A DNA stretch of 64,000 bases from Octopus vulgaris (lineage: Eukaryota). The position numbers and the translations under genes were made by a program. Position 1 is the stretch's first letter, and every line of letters starts with the position of its first letter. Below are positions 39,343-53,582 of the stretch, in pieces. The notes under the pieces were generated by a model. It was not told where the DNA came from. It searched no databases and was given only the letters and a program-made list of their open reading frames with translations. The DNA is taken from NCBI GenBank assembly GCA_951406725.2, contig OX597820.1, forward strand, positions 114,080,001-114,144,000, given 5' to 3'.

Positions 39343-39992
39343 ACAAATATTTTTCACTCATGCTAATGAAACAGCATCAACATGGTTGCACAGCCTGTTA
39401 GTATCTGCAACCAGTTCTCCACCAAGTCCCATCCTGCTGTTTTAAATGTTCCCCCATATTGTAGATCTGTTCAATCAGGGCTTGGTAAAAACAGCAGCAA
39501 CATCTCTCAAGCTTGGGTATCAAATGTAATTTAAGTTTTCTGCATCTTCACTACTCATGTCACTTGTTAATTCCATTATAGAAAAGTGCAGTTTTTGAGG
39601 TGCATTGCCGGCTCTGAAGAGTTCAGCTACTAATCTTTTTGGGTGCCCTCACAAAACAGGTTCAAGATCTTGCCATAAAGATGTAATCTTAAATTTTGTA
39701 ATATAAATGAAATTAAATGCAAATTTCCTAATATAATATTTAATTATAATATATATATGTGTGTGTGTATGTGTACCTATGTAAGAATATATATAAATCT
39801 GTTTGCATGTGTATATATGTGTATGTATATCTGTGTGTGTGATAATATAAACTAACAAGTATGATACACTCAAAGATGGATCTGAGTGATTAAAGTTGAG
39901 ACTTTACTTACCATAAAAATATCTCAGACTATACACAGCACTTCAAATGCTGTAATCAAAAACACCTCAACCTTATTATATGCTTATAGTTA

Positions 39993-40151
39993 GGAGTGGC
40001 TGTGTGGTAGGTAGCTTGCTAACCAACCACATGGTTCCGGGTTCAGTCCCACTGCGTGGCATCTTGGGCAAGTGTCTTCTGCTATAGCCCCGGGCCGACC
40101 AATGCCTTGTGAGTGGATTTGGTAGACGGAAACTGAAAGAAGCCTGTCGTA

Positions 40152-40183
<32 letters not shown>

Positions 40184-40410
40184 AGTGTGTGTGTATATGT
40201 TTGTGTGTCTGTGTTTGTTCCCCTAGCATTGCTTGACAACCGATGCTGGTGTGTTTACGTCCCCGTCACTTAGCGGTTCGGCAAAAGAGACCGATAGAAT
40301 AAGTACTGGGCTTACAAAGAATAAGTCCTGGGGTCGATTTGCTCGACTAAAGGCGGTGCTCTAGCATGGCCGCAGTCAAATGACTGAAACAAGTAAAAGA
40401 GTAAAAAAGT
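39993..40410 (+). mobile_element. tRNA-derived SINE family 1, full-length young copy; more degenerate copies at about 5150-5500, 28845-29000, 37760-37920, 59585-59950
   Basis: Complete head, internal (TA)n and tail ending gaaacaagtaaaagagtaaaa. Confidence 0.9.
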
Positions 40411-40785
40411 AACAAAATAGTAATCAGAAAACTGATAATGTAAAACAGATTTGTGAAAACTGAGATCCTAAGATGAAACGTACCAAATAACCAATGAAAT
40501 TGTGCCTCATGTATTTATATTATATAATATTGTGTTGTTAAGGAAGGTACTTCATTTTTATATTTCTTCAGTCTATTCAGCTGAAATGAAAGCCAATAAT
40601 AAAAGGGATTTGATTTTGCAATAAATGGACTGGGCTCTTGTACAAAGGGGGATGCTGTACTCTGAATTGTCATGGCTTATATACTTTAAATAATTGGCTG
40701 GAGAAACATTTTAAACCTATTGGTTGTGTGTGTGTGTAGAAACGAACCATGCAAGCATGGAAAACACATTGAATGACAACAGCAA

Positions 40786-40831
<46 letters not shown>

Positions 40832-40863
40832 TTTATTTAAAAGCAGCAGAAATATAACAAAAC

Positions 40864-40901
40864 CTGTTACTCGGAGTTTCACGTTCCCATTCATCGGACA
40901 G
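40864..40901 (-). ncRNA. Hammerhead motif, CCGAUGA core variant, in a solo Penelope terminus
   Basis: ctgt-CCGATGA-ATG(GGAA)CGT-GAAA-CTC(C)GAG-TA-acag. Confidence 0.65.
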
Positions 40902-41272
40902 TTTTGTTATATATATATATAACAGCTTTTGTTATATTTCTGCTGCTTTTAAATAAAGCATATTACTCTACCTCTGGTATTTGAGTACTCTTTTTTCTGC
41001 CTTGTTTCACATTTGTGTTTACTCCGGTATATATATATATATATAGGCGAGCTGGCAGAAACGTTAGCACGCCGGGCGAAATGCGTAGCCGTATTTCGTC
41101 TGCCGCTTCGTTCTGAGTTCAAATTCCGCCGAGGTCGACTTTGCCTTTCATCCTTTCGGGGTCGATTAAATAAGTACCAGTTACGCACTGGGGTCGATAT
41201 AATCGACTTAATCCGTTTGTCTGTCCTTGTTTGCCCCCTCTGTGTTTAGCCCTTTGTGGTCAGTAAAGAAAT

Positions 41273-41319
<47 letters not shown>

Positions 41320-42164
41320 CAGGCATACACACAAATATACATACATACAAAAACATATACATACATACAAAAACACGTACACACATATATGCACATGTGC
41401 GTTTATATGGCATCACAATTTTCTTTTCAATAGTGGCAAAACATTGGCTGAATGAAAACAATAGGCTGTGAGAGAATTAGGAGATGGCTTCTAAGGTGGC
41501 AGCTTTGGCTAAATGATTATTGGGAGGGTTGAAAGTAAAAACATTTTTGGTAGCGTACAAAAATTCTATATTTGTGTAATAATAAGATTAGTCAAAAGTA
41601 GAGGAATTGTTCCCTAGTTTATTCATATACTGGTACAGAAAGTTTTAAAGTTTTTGAAGGAACTGTATGGGATTACTAATGGTTAGAGGGTGAATTCTTA
41701 TATCTAATAATGTAAATATTCTATTTTATTTCATTTCATTTCAAAACTTTTTGTTTTGCTTATATTTCTCCTCCGACCAACTTTATTGTTAATACTAATA
41801 TATATGTAGATGGATATATATATATAAATGTGTGTGTGCATATGTATGTATATATTTATGTTATAAATAGTTGGCAGAAGTTATAGAGTGACTCAATGAG
41901 TAAGAATTTTGTGCATTGGCACAAAACTCCCAGAACCTCTGCTGAATATTGATAAGAAAATATATATATATATATATACACACACACATACACATGTATA
42001 TATATATATATATAAAATAGGTGAATGAATTATCCTATGTTTATCGTCAGCATAGAAAATTCGTTTAACCGAAACCTGGGTAGTAAATTCACGTCAGAAA
42101 CACGGTTGAAGCAACCTGTCCAAGGGTAGAAACTCCGGGTTCATGTGCAGAAATTTGTGTGTTG

Positions 42165-42355
42165 TATATGAATAAATGAAAGAATGGAGACGAACGAAGA
42201 TGTTAACAAAATTCCTTTACTCTCGACATATGTTTCGAAGACAACATGTCTTTATTCCTTTGGAATGAAAACATGTTGTCTTTGAAACATATGTCGAGAG
42301 TAAAGGAATTTTGTTAACATCTTCGTTCGTCTCCATTCTTTCATTTATTTATATA
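42165..42355. repeat. Near-perfect ~90-bp-arm palindrome (Penelope-type fold-back; only the 3' half of a hammerhead, GAAACATATGTC, is retained)
   Basis: gaaagaatggagacgaacgaagatgttaac… / …gttaacatcttcgttcgtctccattctttc. Confidence 0.8.
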
Positions 42356-42649
42356 TATATATATATATATATCCAAAATATGGAACAAGAACAGGACAGA
42401 CAACAAAAAACATCCAGACAGATAGACAATACAGACGGGCAAGAAAAAACAAGGATGGGTCATTTGCAGCCTTCTCTCTGCAGTCAAGTTTCCAGTTATC
42501 CTTACAGTTTCAGCCAGTTACTCTTGAGACTGTTCAAATCTGGCTGGTCCCAAAAAGCTAAGCTAAGAGCATTAAATATTTTGGGAGAAAGAGAGTGAAT
42601 GTGTACAACAAAGACAAAAAAAAAACACAGAAAATGTTACACAATTACA

Positions 42650-42765
42650 TCATCGTCATTGTTCGACCATGGTCGAGACAATGGAATTTACTATGCTACA
42701 CCATACTTCACGGTCCATCATAGCATTACGGAGGTCCTGTTGCTGGATGCCTGTATCCCTGGAGA
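42650..42765 (-). mobile_element. 5'-truncated RTE LINE insertion with a 13-bp TSD
   Basis: Reverse complement of 13670-13787; flanked by ttacacaattaca at 42637-42649 and 42766-42778. Confidence 0.85.
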
Positions 42766-43494
42766 TTACACAATTACAAATACAAACAAGAAAATAACAA
42801 CAGGTGTCTTTCAGCTATTAGCTGAAATATAAAGACAAACATGTATGTTATACGAGGTGAAACTCTGTGATTAAGAAGCCCAATTCTCAATCAAGATTTC
42901 AATTAGGATACTGAGTGTTCTTGGGTCCATCTTGGAGAGAAACCCTTCTAATTTTTGACCATAAGGACTACCTATAGGTGTGAATATATTAATAGACAAT
43001 ATGTACACACACTGCTGGGCATGGCTGTGTGATTAAAGAACCTTACTTTCCAACCAGAAAATTTTGGGGTCAATCCCATTGCATGGCATTTTGGACAAGT
43101 GTCTTCTACTTCAGTCCTGGGCCTACCAGAATCTTGCGAGTAGATTTAGTAGATAGAAACTGAAAGAAACTTGTCATATGTAGGAACATGGCTCAGTGGT
43201 TAGTGCATTGGGCTTACAATTGTGAGGTTGTGAGTTCGATTCCTGCACCAGGCTGTGTGTTCTTGAGCAAGACTCTTTACTTCACATTGCTCTTCTTCAC
43301 TCAAGTGTAGAAATGAGTTGCAAGGTCACTGGTGCCAAGCTGTATCGGCCCCTTTGCCTTTCCTTTAGACAATGTCAGTGGTGTGGAGAGGCGAGACTGG
43401 TATGCATGGGCAACTGCTGGTCTTCCACAGACAACCTTATCCAGACTTGTACCTCAAAGGGGAACTTTCTTGATGCAATCCCATGATCATATAT

Positions 43495-43526
<32 letters not shown>

Positions 43527-43819
43527 CTTTAAATACATTGTGTCTCTGTGGTTGTTTAATTTTGCACTTGCTTCTAAGAAAGCTATGACCTGCAACCAGT
43601 GATGGTCGTGTCACTTCTGTCAAAAAATCATCTGCTCACTTTGCATCTTCAAAGCTGTATAGAATAAAGTTGTACATGAAAAACAGGTACTTGTTTTTGG
43701 GGGGATCTATCCAAGGTGCTGTGCAATGAGATTGATACCCAAATTTTCTGTACTTGTATAAAAACAAACTAGGGGACAATGCCTATATTTCTCTGCTGAC
43801 TAACTTTATTGTTAATACT

Positions 43820-43833
43820 AATATATATGTAGA

Positions 43834-43868
<35 letters not shown>

Positions 43869-44023
43869 ATGTGTGTGTGTGTACATATATATATATGTAT
43901 GTATGTATATATATGTATGTATGTATATATATATATATGTATATATATATATGTATGTATATGTATATATATATGTATATGTATATATATGTATGTATAT
44001 ATATATGATATGTATATATTATG

Positions 44024-44056
<33 letters not shown>

Positions 44057-44159
44057 ATGTATATATATATGTGTATATGTATATATATATATATATGTGT
44101 ATATGTATATATATATATATATGTGTATATGTATATATATGTATATATATATATATGTG

Positions 44160-44198
<39 letters not shown>

Positions 44199-44220
44199 AA
44201 TATATATATGTATGTATATT
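43820..44220. repeat. Long compound (TA)n/(TATG)n microsatellite
   Basis: Direct inspection. Confidence 0.95.
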
Positions 44221-44966
44221 TTAAGGCGGCGAGTTGGTAGAAACGTTAGCTCGCCGGGCGACCTGCGTAGCCGTATTTCATCTGTCGTTACGTTCCGAGT
44301 TCAAATTCCGCCGAGGTCGACTTTGTCTGTCCTTGTTTGTCCCCTCTGTGTTTAGCCCCTTGTGGGTAGTAAAGAAATATATATGTATGTATATTATATG
44401 TGGTGACGCTCTGTGGTTAAGAATCCCACTTCTCAACCACAAGGTTTCAGTTAGGAAACCTGCGCAGCAGAAGGAGTATCAAACTTTAAATAATGCATCA
44501 ATATTTTCATGTAACTTATGCTAGCATGGAAAAATTAGTATAAAAACGAACATAGTAATATTATAGGACAAGCAGCCATTTTGAGTATTTTTGCTTCCCC
44601 TCCACTCATGGATAATAGCTGCCTGGCAGAAAGAAGGAATTAAAGCCAGGTAAGATGGTAATGTTAGCCCTGCATCTATTACACAACTTAAATGAATGTA
44701 ATTGCCATTTGAATATTTGAAACTCAGTTATGAAGCTGGAGAAGGTGAATATCTGTTCTGCCTCTCATGTTATGATGTAGATTTATTTATTTGAGTGCAT
44801 GTCAGCATCAGAAAGGAGAGAGGAAAAAAATCCCACATTAAAATGTTGATCAGCATGTTTGTATGATTGTATTTATATGTGTGTGGTTTATGTGTGAAAG
44901 CAATAAAATGCACTAATGTGTTTTATTGGTTGTAGTAAAATGTGTAGCCTCATATATGTGTGTGTG

Positions 44967-44999
<33 letters not shown>

Positions 45000-46209
45000 G
45001 GAAGGAAGGAATAAGTAGGTAATTCTTTATATCATGGTTATTAACAAGAAACCAAGTAGATGCTAGTAACCTTCACTTGATGTAAAGTAGCAGCAGTAAT
45101 GGAAATGGTGAAAAAAATATATGTATGTGTGTGTATTTGTATATATATATATAAATATGATTCGTATACACATGCAACAGTATTGGTGGAACATGTTACC
45201 AACCAGCTGTACTGAGGCATACATGCTAGTGTGTCTTGCAATGATGCCTTTAACATTATATATCGATAGTATCGTTTGAATTTGCAGATATGTTATCATT
45301 AGGGAATATTTTGCTGCTTTTTATCAAACACACATACACAGATTTGATACTTCAACACATTGTCAGAACAAGCAGAGCAACTCCCTGTCGTTATAACATC
45401 AACCACTTCCCAGTGCACCAATGGAACGGTCTGTTTCTCAAGTGGATGTCAAATCACAGTACACGTGGGAAAGAAAGATGAACAATGCTTGCATGTGGTA
45501 GGCTTGAACTTGTGAACCCAGCATTTAAACAACAGCAACCTAACAACATATACCCATATTTGTTCTGTATTATCTTCTTTTTCTTGCATCTATTTTGGTC
45601 ATTTTGTATTTTGTTTTTTCTTCTTTTCTCTTTACTTTTCTTTCATCTGTTTTCTTTTTTATTTTCCTCTTCTGACCTCCACCTCCTTCACTGGGGATGG
45701 TCATTATGTTGATCACAGGCAATGGAGATTCACCAATATGGAACCTAATACCACCACTCTTTGCATACACACACACACATTTACACTCTGAATTACCAGA
45801 GAAGAAAGGGTAGGCCTACCCTTCAACCTAATGTTAACATTACCCTCTCCTTCCCATCCCTGAAAACTTCACATTGATGTTTGCTGTGCCCTCTTCCATT
45901 CCAACACTTATCTTAGGTTCATATGTAATTTTCTATAAATATGTTAAAATTTAATATTGATACTGACAAATTCACTGCCACCATCTTCAACCAAAATCAT
46001 CATCACCATCCCTTTCAAACCAAAATAACTACCACCCCCTCCTCCTCTTCCTCCTTTTTCAAACTTTTTTCCTTTGTTTTCTTTTGCTCTTGATTTCCAA
46101 GATTATAAGAAAATCCTATTTCCTAATGAATAAAAATAAAATCCTGTTTTATTATCACCTGTTTACTATTTTTTGTGTTATTTTTAACTACCAGTCTGTT
46201 TGTATATAT

Positions 46210-48010
46210 TTTGTTTAGCATGTAGCTAACTCCACCAAAAGTATCAAAAGTAACTATAGATTACCCCACCAGGCATCCTAACACCCACGTGTTCGCCCCG
46301 TTTGCTTTGTCACAAGTTCTTTGTATTCTATTCCATTCTTTGTTTCTATATCTAGGGCAGGTACCACTGGTATCATTATGTATAATGTTATCTAATTTAC
46401 AAAGTCATCTACATATCTACTCTACAGTAGATATGTAGATGACATTAATATAATAGTTAGAACCAACTCTAGTGATGTAGAGACTGAGAAGAACGTAATG
46501 GAGAGCATCCAGCAAATAGCTAACTCCATCCACCAAAGTATCAAGGTAACTATAGATTACCCCACTAAGAACCCTAACAATAGACTCCCTGTACTTGATA
46601 CTGAACTTTGGTTAGAGACTGTAAACAACAGAGTGCAACTCCTCCACACCCATTACATGAAACCTATAGCTTCTAAATACTGGTAGCAGGCCTAGTTAGG
46701 ATAATGTACAACATGTCCCCACTATGCGAAGCCTATGAAACAAAAAAAAGCATGTACAGAACTTCATGCAATTCTCTGGATATGATCAGAAAGATAGGGT
46801 CTGGGCATACAGAGGTGCTTGAAAGAAGTTAGTATTATAAATAATGAAACCAATGGTACCTGGCCTAGAGATAAGAGTAAAGACTGGAATAGGACATAAA
46901 GAGTTTGTGACAAAGCAAACGGGGAGAACACATGATATAGCTTGACAAATATCAAGGAGTGATGTTTGTAGAGGCCACAGCCCATGAAGAACTAGCCCGT
47001 AGATTTAGGAATGCTCTGAAGGAGGCTAATCTCAATATTAAGATCATTGAAAAGCCAGGGAGCTCCATCAGATCACGACTATGTAGGATGTACCCCTTTG
47101 AGAATACCACATGCACCAATGATAACTGCATAGTATATAAGATTAACCCTGGCATTAACTGTAGAATTAGAAATGTAGTCTACAGCATACGGTGCATAGA
47201 GGGTGCTTGTAAAGACAAGAATGTAATATACGTAAGTGAAACATCTAGAAGCATTGCAGAGAGACTAAATGACCATCTGAGACAATATGATGACAAAAAA
47301 ACAATCCTCCATGCTCTACCAACATGGAGGCACACTTGGGTCAACTTGACATCCACATTTTATCCAGGCTCCTGAAGGACCCAACACTCAGGCAAATACA
47401 AGAGTACATCCGCATTAATGAAACATCCCCAGTACTAAATAGGAAATATACATAGGTGTCATATCCACAGTTTATATAAACACAAGCACATGGATATGCA
47501 GAATACATACATACAAACGTGCATACATATATATATATGCACAAACACGTGTATGCACACAAACAAAAAGAAGAATAGTCAACAACTATTGAAAAGGTTG
47601 CAAGATGCAATGAACATTTTAGTAAAGTAAATGAGTGGAAATCAGACCGGTGAATGTGTTAAATTAATAAGGCACTAAAAGAGAATGACTCTCCCCAGAC
47701 ACAATATATATATATGTTTATAAAAAAGAAGTTTGAAAATGCCACTATATAAGATAAATTTTAATTTTCTTAGAAATTTTACATGTTTCGGTTCTTCTTT
47801 AAAAAAACGAACCTTATCAAAAATATTTTAAAAAGTTAAGTGTAATAAAAAAGTTCATAATTGTTTCTTACTAGTCTCAACAGAATCCACGTGGTGGTTT
47901 AATATTTTTGATAGGGTTCGTTTTTTCAAGAAAAACCGAAACATGTAAGATTTCTAAGAAAATTAAAATTTATCTTATATAGTAGCGTTTTCAAACTTCT
48001 TTTTTATAAA
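46210..48010 (+). mobile_element. Penelope-like retroelement (second family), degenerate RT thumb plus GIY-YIG with a fold-back terminus
   Basis: IANSIHQSIKVTIDYP…LPVLD…HYMKP; MFVEAT…IIEKPGSSIRSRL…PF…C…C…C…VVYSIRC…IYVSETSRSIAERLNDH; hairpin 47720-48010. Confidence 0.85.
47774..47824 (-). ncRNA. Hammerhead motif with U3-A8 core (UUGAUAA); inverted copy at 47904-47952(+)
   Basis: attt-TTGATAA-GGTTC(loop)GAACC-GAAA-CATG-TA-aaat. Confidence 0.6.
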
Positions 48011-48129
48011 TATATACCCACTCGTATACCACCTACACTTATTATAAATAAATATATATATATATATATATATATCGAAAAAAAAAAGTCAAGATAGAAA
48101 ATGCTAAAATGATTTTATAAGAAACATTT

Positions 48130-48165
48130 CAGTACCAGTTTCAGTCATTGAGACTTTTTCAACTG
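48130..48165 (-). ncRNA. Hammerhead motif with U3-A8 core (UUGAAAA), separate family
   Basis: cag-TTGAAAA-AGTC(tcaat)GACT-GAAA-CTGG-TA-ctg. Confidence 0.55.
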
Positions 48166-48797
48166 TAAGTATGGAGAACAATAAAATTTTGGAAAAATTA
48201 AAAGAAAAGTTTTTTAAAAGAATATTTGCATAGTGTTCAAATACAAGTGGCATTTTCCTTGTTTCTGCTTGTCTCTGTCTCTCTTGTATACTGGTCGATG
48301 AATTAGAAAAGAACAGGAGTTACAGAATCAGTTTCTTAAGGCTGGTCCTGCTATATAAATGTACTCAAACCTGAGTGCTCATACAGCATCTTATACTTTC
48401 ATCAGAGCGATTTAACTATATATGTGTGCGTGTATGTACACACACAGAGAATATATAAGGAGTATTCATCAACTGACTTTGTACTATGAGTGCTCTGTTT
48501 AGTTTACCACTAAAACTCTGGTTTGAACAGCAACTGAACATGAGCTCTTCAGACTGCCTATCAGAAATCACTACAGGTGTTTTTTTTTTTCTGTGAGCAG
48601 GTAGATACAGATAAAAGAGAAAATGAAAAAGCAAGCTCTTTGGTATCATTTGTAAAAAGCACCATCCGATCATGGTTGATACCAGCCTCCTCTGGCTTCT
48701 GTACTGGTGGCACATAAAAAAAGCACCCACTACACTCTCGGAGTGGTTGGCGTTAGGAAGGGCATCCAGCTGTAGAAACACTGCCAGATCAGATTGG

Positions 48798-50140
48798 TGC
48801 ATGTAGAGACTGAGAAGAAGGTAATGGAGAGCATCCAGCAAATAGCTAACTCCATCCACCAAGGTAACTATAGATTACCCCACTAAGAACCCTAACAATA
48901 GACTCCCTGTACTTGATACTGAACTTTGGTTAGAGACTGTGAACAATAGAGTGCTCCTCCACTCTTATTACATGAAACCCGTAACTTCAAAATATGTTGT
49001 TCACAAGAACTCAGCTTTGTCACACAACATGAAAAGTAACATACTGATAGCAGACCTAGTTAGAATAATGAACAATGTGTCCCCACAATGCGAACCCTAT
49101 GAAATGAAGAAACATATACAGAACTTCATACACTGCATGCAGTTCTCTGGATATGATCAGAAAGATAGGGTTTGAGTATACAGGGGGGCTAGAAACAAAT
49201 TAGATAACATTATACGTAATGATACCAGTTGTACCTGCCCTAGATATAGAAACAAAGAATGGAATAGAATACAAAGAACTTGTGACAAAGCAAACAGCGC
49301 GAACATGAGGTATAAAACCGACCAATATCAAGGAGTGATGTTTGTAGAGGTCACAGCCCATGGAGAACTAGCCTGTAGATTTAGAAAAGCTCTGAAGGAG
49401 ACCAAACTCAACATTAAGATTGTTGAAAAGCCAGGGAACTCCATCAGATCACAAGTATGTAGGATGTACCCCTTTAAGAATACCGTATGCACCAATGATA
49501 ACTGCATGGTATGTAGGATTAGCCCTGGTATTAACTGTAGAACACGAAATGTAGATAGGTATATAGTCTATATACCTATCCGTCTGTATACTGATCTGTT
49601 TATTTACATATCTATATGCTTACATAGAGAAAAAAAGTGCATACTCACACACTCACACCCACATACATACATACCTTTATCTACCTAACAGTCCACTAAC
49701 TAGTTAATGGACTGTTAGGTAGATAAATGTATGTATGTGGGTGTGAGTATTCACTTTTTTTTTCTCTATGTAAGCATATAGATATGTAAATAAAGAGATC
49801 AATATACAGACGGATAGGTATATAGACTATATGAACAGACACATATGGAGACACGGATCCACACATATAAAGATGCACATCCATGCATACAAACATGGTA
49901 CATAGTTACATAACACACACACACAAGGAGACAGAGGTGCATATATATATATACAAACACATGCTCAAACACACACATACATAGAAAATACACAAACACG
50001 GACAGGCAAGCACATAAATATACAGGATACGTACATACAGATGCACACACATACATATACATATGCATACACACACATATATACATACATACACATGCAA
50101 AAACACACACACATACATACGTACATGCATGCATGTATAG

Positions 50141-50177
<37 letters not shown>

Positions 50178-50352
50178 TACAAACAAACAAAACGCAGTGT
50201 AAATAACGGACAGAGTCAGAACTATCGAAAAGGTTGCAAGGTACAACGAAAAGTTTAGGAAATTAAAAATAAGGAAAAAAAGTGGAAATTTTACCGGTGA
50301 GTGTGTTAAATAATAAGGCACAAAAAGAAAATGACTCTCCCCAGACACAACA
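48798..50352 (+). mobile_element. Second copy of the 46-48 kb Penelope-like family, with an internal inversion
   Basis: ORF fragments 48939-49175 and 49305-49550 are homologous to 46480-47180; fold-back at 49562-49832; 3' part 50180-50350 matches 47560-47705. Confidence 0.85.
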
Positions 50353-51516
50353 GTATATATATATATATATATATAGTTCAGGTAAAACTGTAACTAATGA
50401 TGTGATGTAATAGGTGCTCAAATTGACTTACTAGTTAAAACACTAACTTCAACTGCGATGAAGACAAAAAGTGCTGTTGTAGCTACCTAGCAATGAATGG
50501 CTATAAGTGGCTTATCATTGAGCAGGTACATAAGCAGTAAAAAGGCATACCTTAATCTGCATACCTTATTTCTTATGGTACACTCTAACAACTCTATTGT
50601 AACAACTTAGCAATTACGTTTAAATATATAAATTCCATGCTTTTTCTGTATGTATATATAAAAGGGTCAACAGTAAAGATCCCCTTTGGTGATGAATGAC
50701 CATGGGATTGCACTTAGTTCCCTGCCGAGGCACAAGTCCGGGCAGGTTGTTTATGGAAGACCAGCAGTCGCTCATGCATACCAGCCTCTCCTCTCCATGC
50801 CATTGATGTTATCCAAGGGAAAGGCAAAGGGGCCGATACAGCTTGGCACCAGTGACATTGCAATTCATTTCTACACTTGAGTGAACTGGAGCAATGTGAG
50901 GAGATAAAGTGTCTTGCTCAAGAAAACAACCCACAGCCTGGTCCGGGAGTTGAACTAACTACTTCATGATTTTGAGTCTAATGGTCTAAGCACCGAGTCA
51001 TGCGCCCTCACATGTGTGTGTGTATGTGTGTCACCGTGTCTTGACATCTTATGATAGTTGTAAAAGAATGACGTTCATTTCCACTGGAAAAACATTCAGC
51101 AAAAATATGTCTGTCTTTGGGGAAATATTACCTTGCTTGGAAGCAGCTGAGGGTTGGCAACAAAAGGGCATCCAACAGTAGAAGATCTGCCTCAACAAAT
51201 TTTGTCTGACCCCTGTAAGCATGGAAAAGGGGACTTTAAACGATGATGATGAAGAATGATGAACATAAATACATGCAAATATATTTGTAGTTTTTGAGAA
51301 TATTTTTATTTTGTATTTTTAAGAATATTTTTCTTATTTTTTCTCTTTTCTTGATTAAAATTTTATAAATTTTATATTTTCGCAAACAAAATAAATTTTG
51401 ATGGAAAAAATAATAAAGAAAAGAAAATAGTGGTGACAAATTTCAAAGTTTATCAGATATTCTGGAAAAGAACACAAAAATTATGTTCTCTACTCTCTCT
51501 CTCTCTCCTGCTAAAG

Positions 51517-51767
51517 TCATTTTACTGACATTTGAAGTTCTTTGCCATTTGTCATGGCATTCAAAGCAGAGTCACAAAGCGAGACTTTCTTGCTGTACTG
51601 TTTTAGCTTATCCTGAAGCTGTGTTTCCTGTTGCGTTAGTTCTGTGTTCCGTTGTTCTAGAAGAGTATAGTCTGCTTGTACCTGACTGACTTCGGAAAGT
51701 AACTCTTCTAGTCGGTCTTTTTTCCTCTGTTGCTTCTGCCGCACTTCTTGCAATAAACAAGACACAG
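51517..51767 (-). CDS. Gene B terminal coding exon, coiled coil (VSCLLQEVRQKQQRKKDRLEELL…KKVSLCDSALNAMTNGKELQMSVK*)
   Basis: ttttttag|CT acceptor; heptad pattern; KVSLCDSAL matches gene A KISLCVSVL. Confidence 0.85.
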
Positions 51768-53582
51768 CTAAAAAAGTAAGACAAATATTACATTAGTAAT
51801 AATAATAATAATAATTTTATATTTTGGCACAAGGCTAGCAATTTCAGGGGAAGGGATAAGTTGATTGCAGTGACCCCAGTGTTTGACCAGGACTTATTTT
51901 ACCAACCCCAATAGGATGAAAGACAAAGTCAACCCTGGTGGCATTTGAACTAAGAACATAAAGATAGATGAAATGTTGCTGAGCATTTGGCCCAGCTTGT
52001 TAATGATCCTGCTACCTTAAGAACAACACAAGAGCAGCAGCAGGGAGGCGCAATGGCCCAGTGGTTAGGGCATGCTGTATGTTTCATACAATTTCATGGA
52101 CCAGAACTACTGAATGGATCCTTATGATATTTGGAACTTAGATTCAATGCATAAGGACGGGTATAATGTAGTATGTTTAGTTTGAATTTGAGGTGGCTTA
52201 AAGGGGGCAGAACCCCCCATGAAAATTCATAAATTTCCAATGTTGATGAAATTTCAACCATAGGTAATTGACACACATCAAGAAGTATTCCCAAAGTTTC
52301 CACTTTTCATGAGGATTTTAAGACCCCTAATGGGGGCCTTAACTACCAAATTTTAGTCATTTTTTTATGATCCAAAACTAGGTCAAAAGTACTGAATGGA
52401 TCTTTATGAAATTTCGAAATTATATTCTATGCATAAGGAGAGATGTAATGCAGTATATGTTTGAAAGTGAAGGGGAACAAATGAGGTCATAACCCCCATG
52501 AAAATTCATATATTCTTGCTGTTCATGAGATTTTAACCATAGATATTAGACACAAATGAAGTAATATCCCCCAAATTTCAACTTCTTAGGAGTTAGTAAG
52601 AACCCTTAATGGTGGCTTAACCCCCACAATTTAGTCATTTTTTTTCCTAAGCCAAGATGAATACAATTGCAGTCGTTGAAACTGTAGGGTCACCCGAGCA
52701 TAAAAGATGAGCGTTATTTGTAATTCAATGGTACAACAGTGTAAGAGTTTGCTTTGAGATATACTTCGATTGTGATTTCTGTAATGTGATTTCTGTTATT
52801 TTGAGTAAAGTTATTTGTTGCACACCTCCTTTGAGTCTTTTTATTATCAGTGGGTTAGAGATAGTCCCCAGATGGTAACATTGATTTCAAAACCTTTCCA
52901 GATAAGTGATTGGTCATTCAAAGAGATTTATAGATTGCAAATTTATTCTGTTCAGTTGCCTATCGGCATAGTGATCATTGGCAAACTCCAGAGGTGCACT
53001 TTCATTTCCTCTTAGCCCTCATGTCACACAGTTGTTAATGTTTATTTGAGCTGGGTCATGTCCTTCCAATTGCTACAGATCGGTAATTCATCTTATGGCT
53101 GTGCCGGTCACCTATATGGCGAGGAATCCTACATTGGGGAGTGGTAACGACTAGGGTAGGGTAACTGACTGCTTATTGTGATCATTTGTCTTTTGGTTTC
53201 CTGTGGCTTTACTCACTTTTACAAACCCAGTGAACATTCATATATTTCCGATTTCAAAGAAATTTGAAGAAACACACAAAAAGAAACACACAAAAGCCGT
53301 TCGATTCACTTCAGCATTTAAGTTTAATTTGTCAAAATATTTTCGTCGCTAAAATCCGCGACCTGTTCACTGACAAAGTCCGTGCTGCACGGACTTTGTC
53401 AGTGAACAGGTCGCGGATTTTAGCGACGAAAATATTTTGACAAATTAAACTTAAATGTTGAAGTGAATTGAACTGCTTTTGTGTGTTTCTTAAATGGCTT
53501 ATAAACACCTTCCACGCTGCAATTGTTTTCGTTTCAGCACACGATCTCAGATCAAATTACTTGCTATGCGAGTACATCTCCG

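Noticed and set aside
39993-40070. tRNA-like A/B boxes
   Set aside because: These are SINE heads with no complete cloverleaf, continuing into SINE body; not tRNA genes.
42495-42560. Hammerhead-like stem II-GAAA-CTG-TA on the minus strand
   Set aside because: No recognisable NUGANNA core upstream of the stem; too degenerate to call.
43754-44355. ORFs of 84-172 aa rich in Y/I/M/C/V
   Set aside because: Translations of (TA)n/(TATG)n microsatellite. The same applies to most short ORFs in the supplied track.
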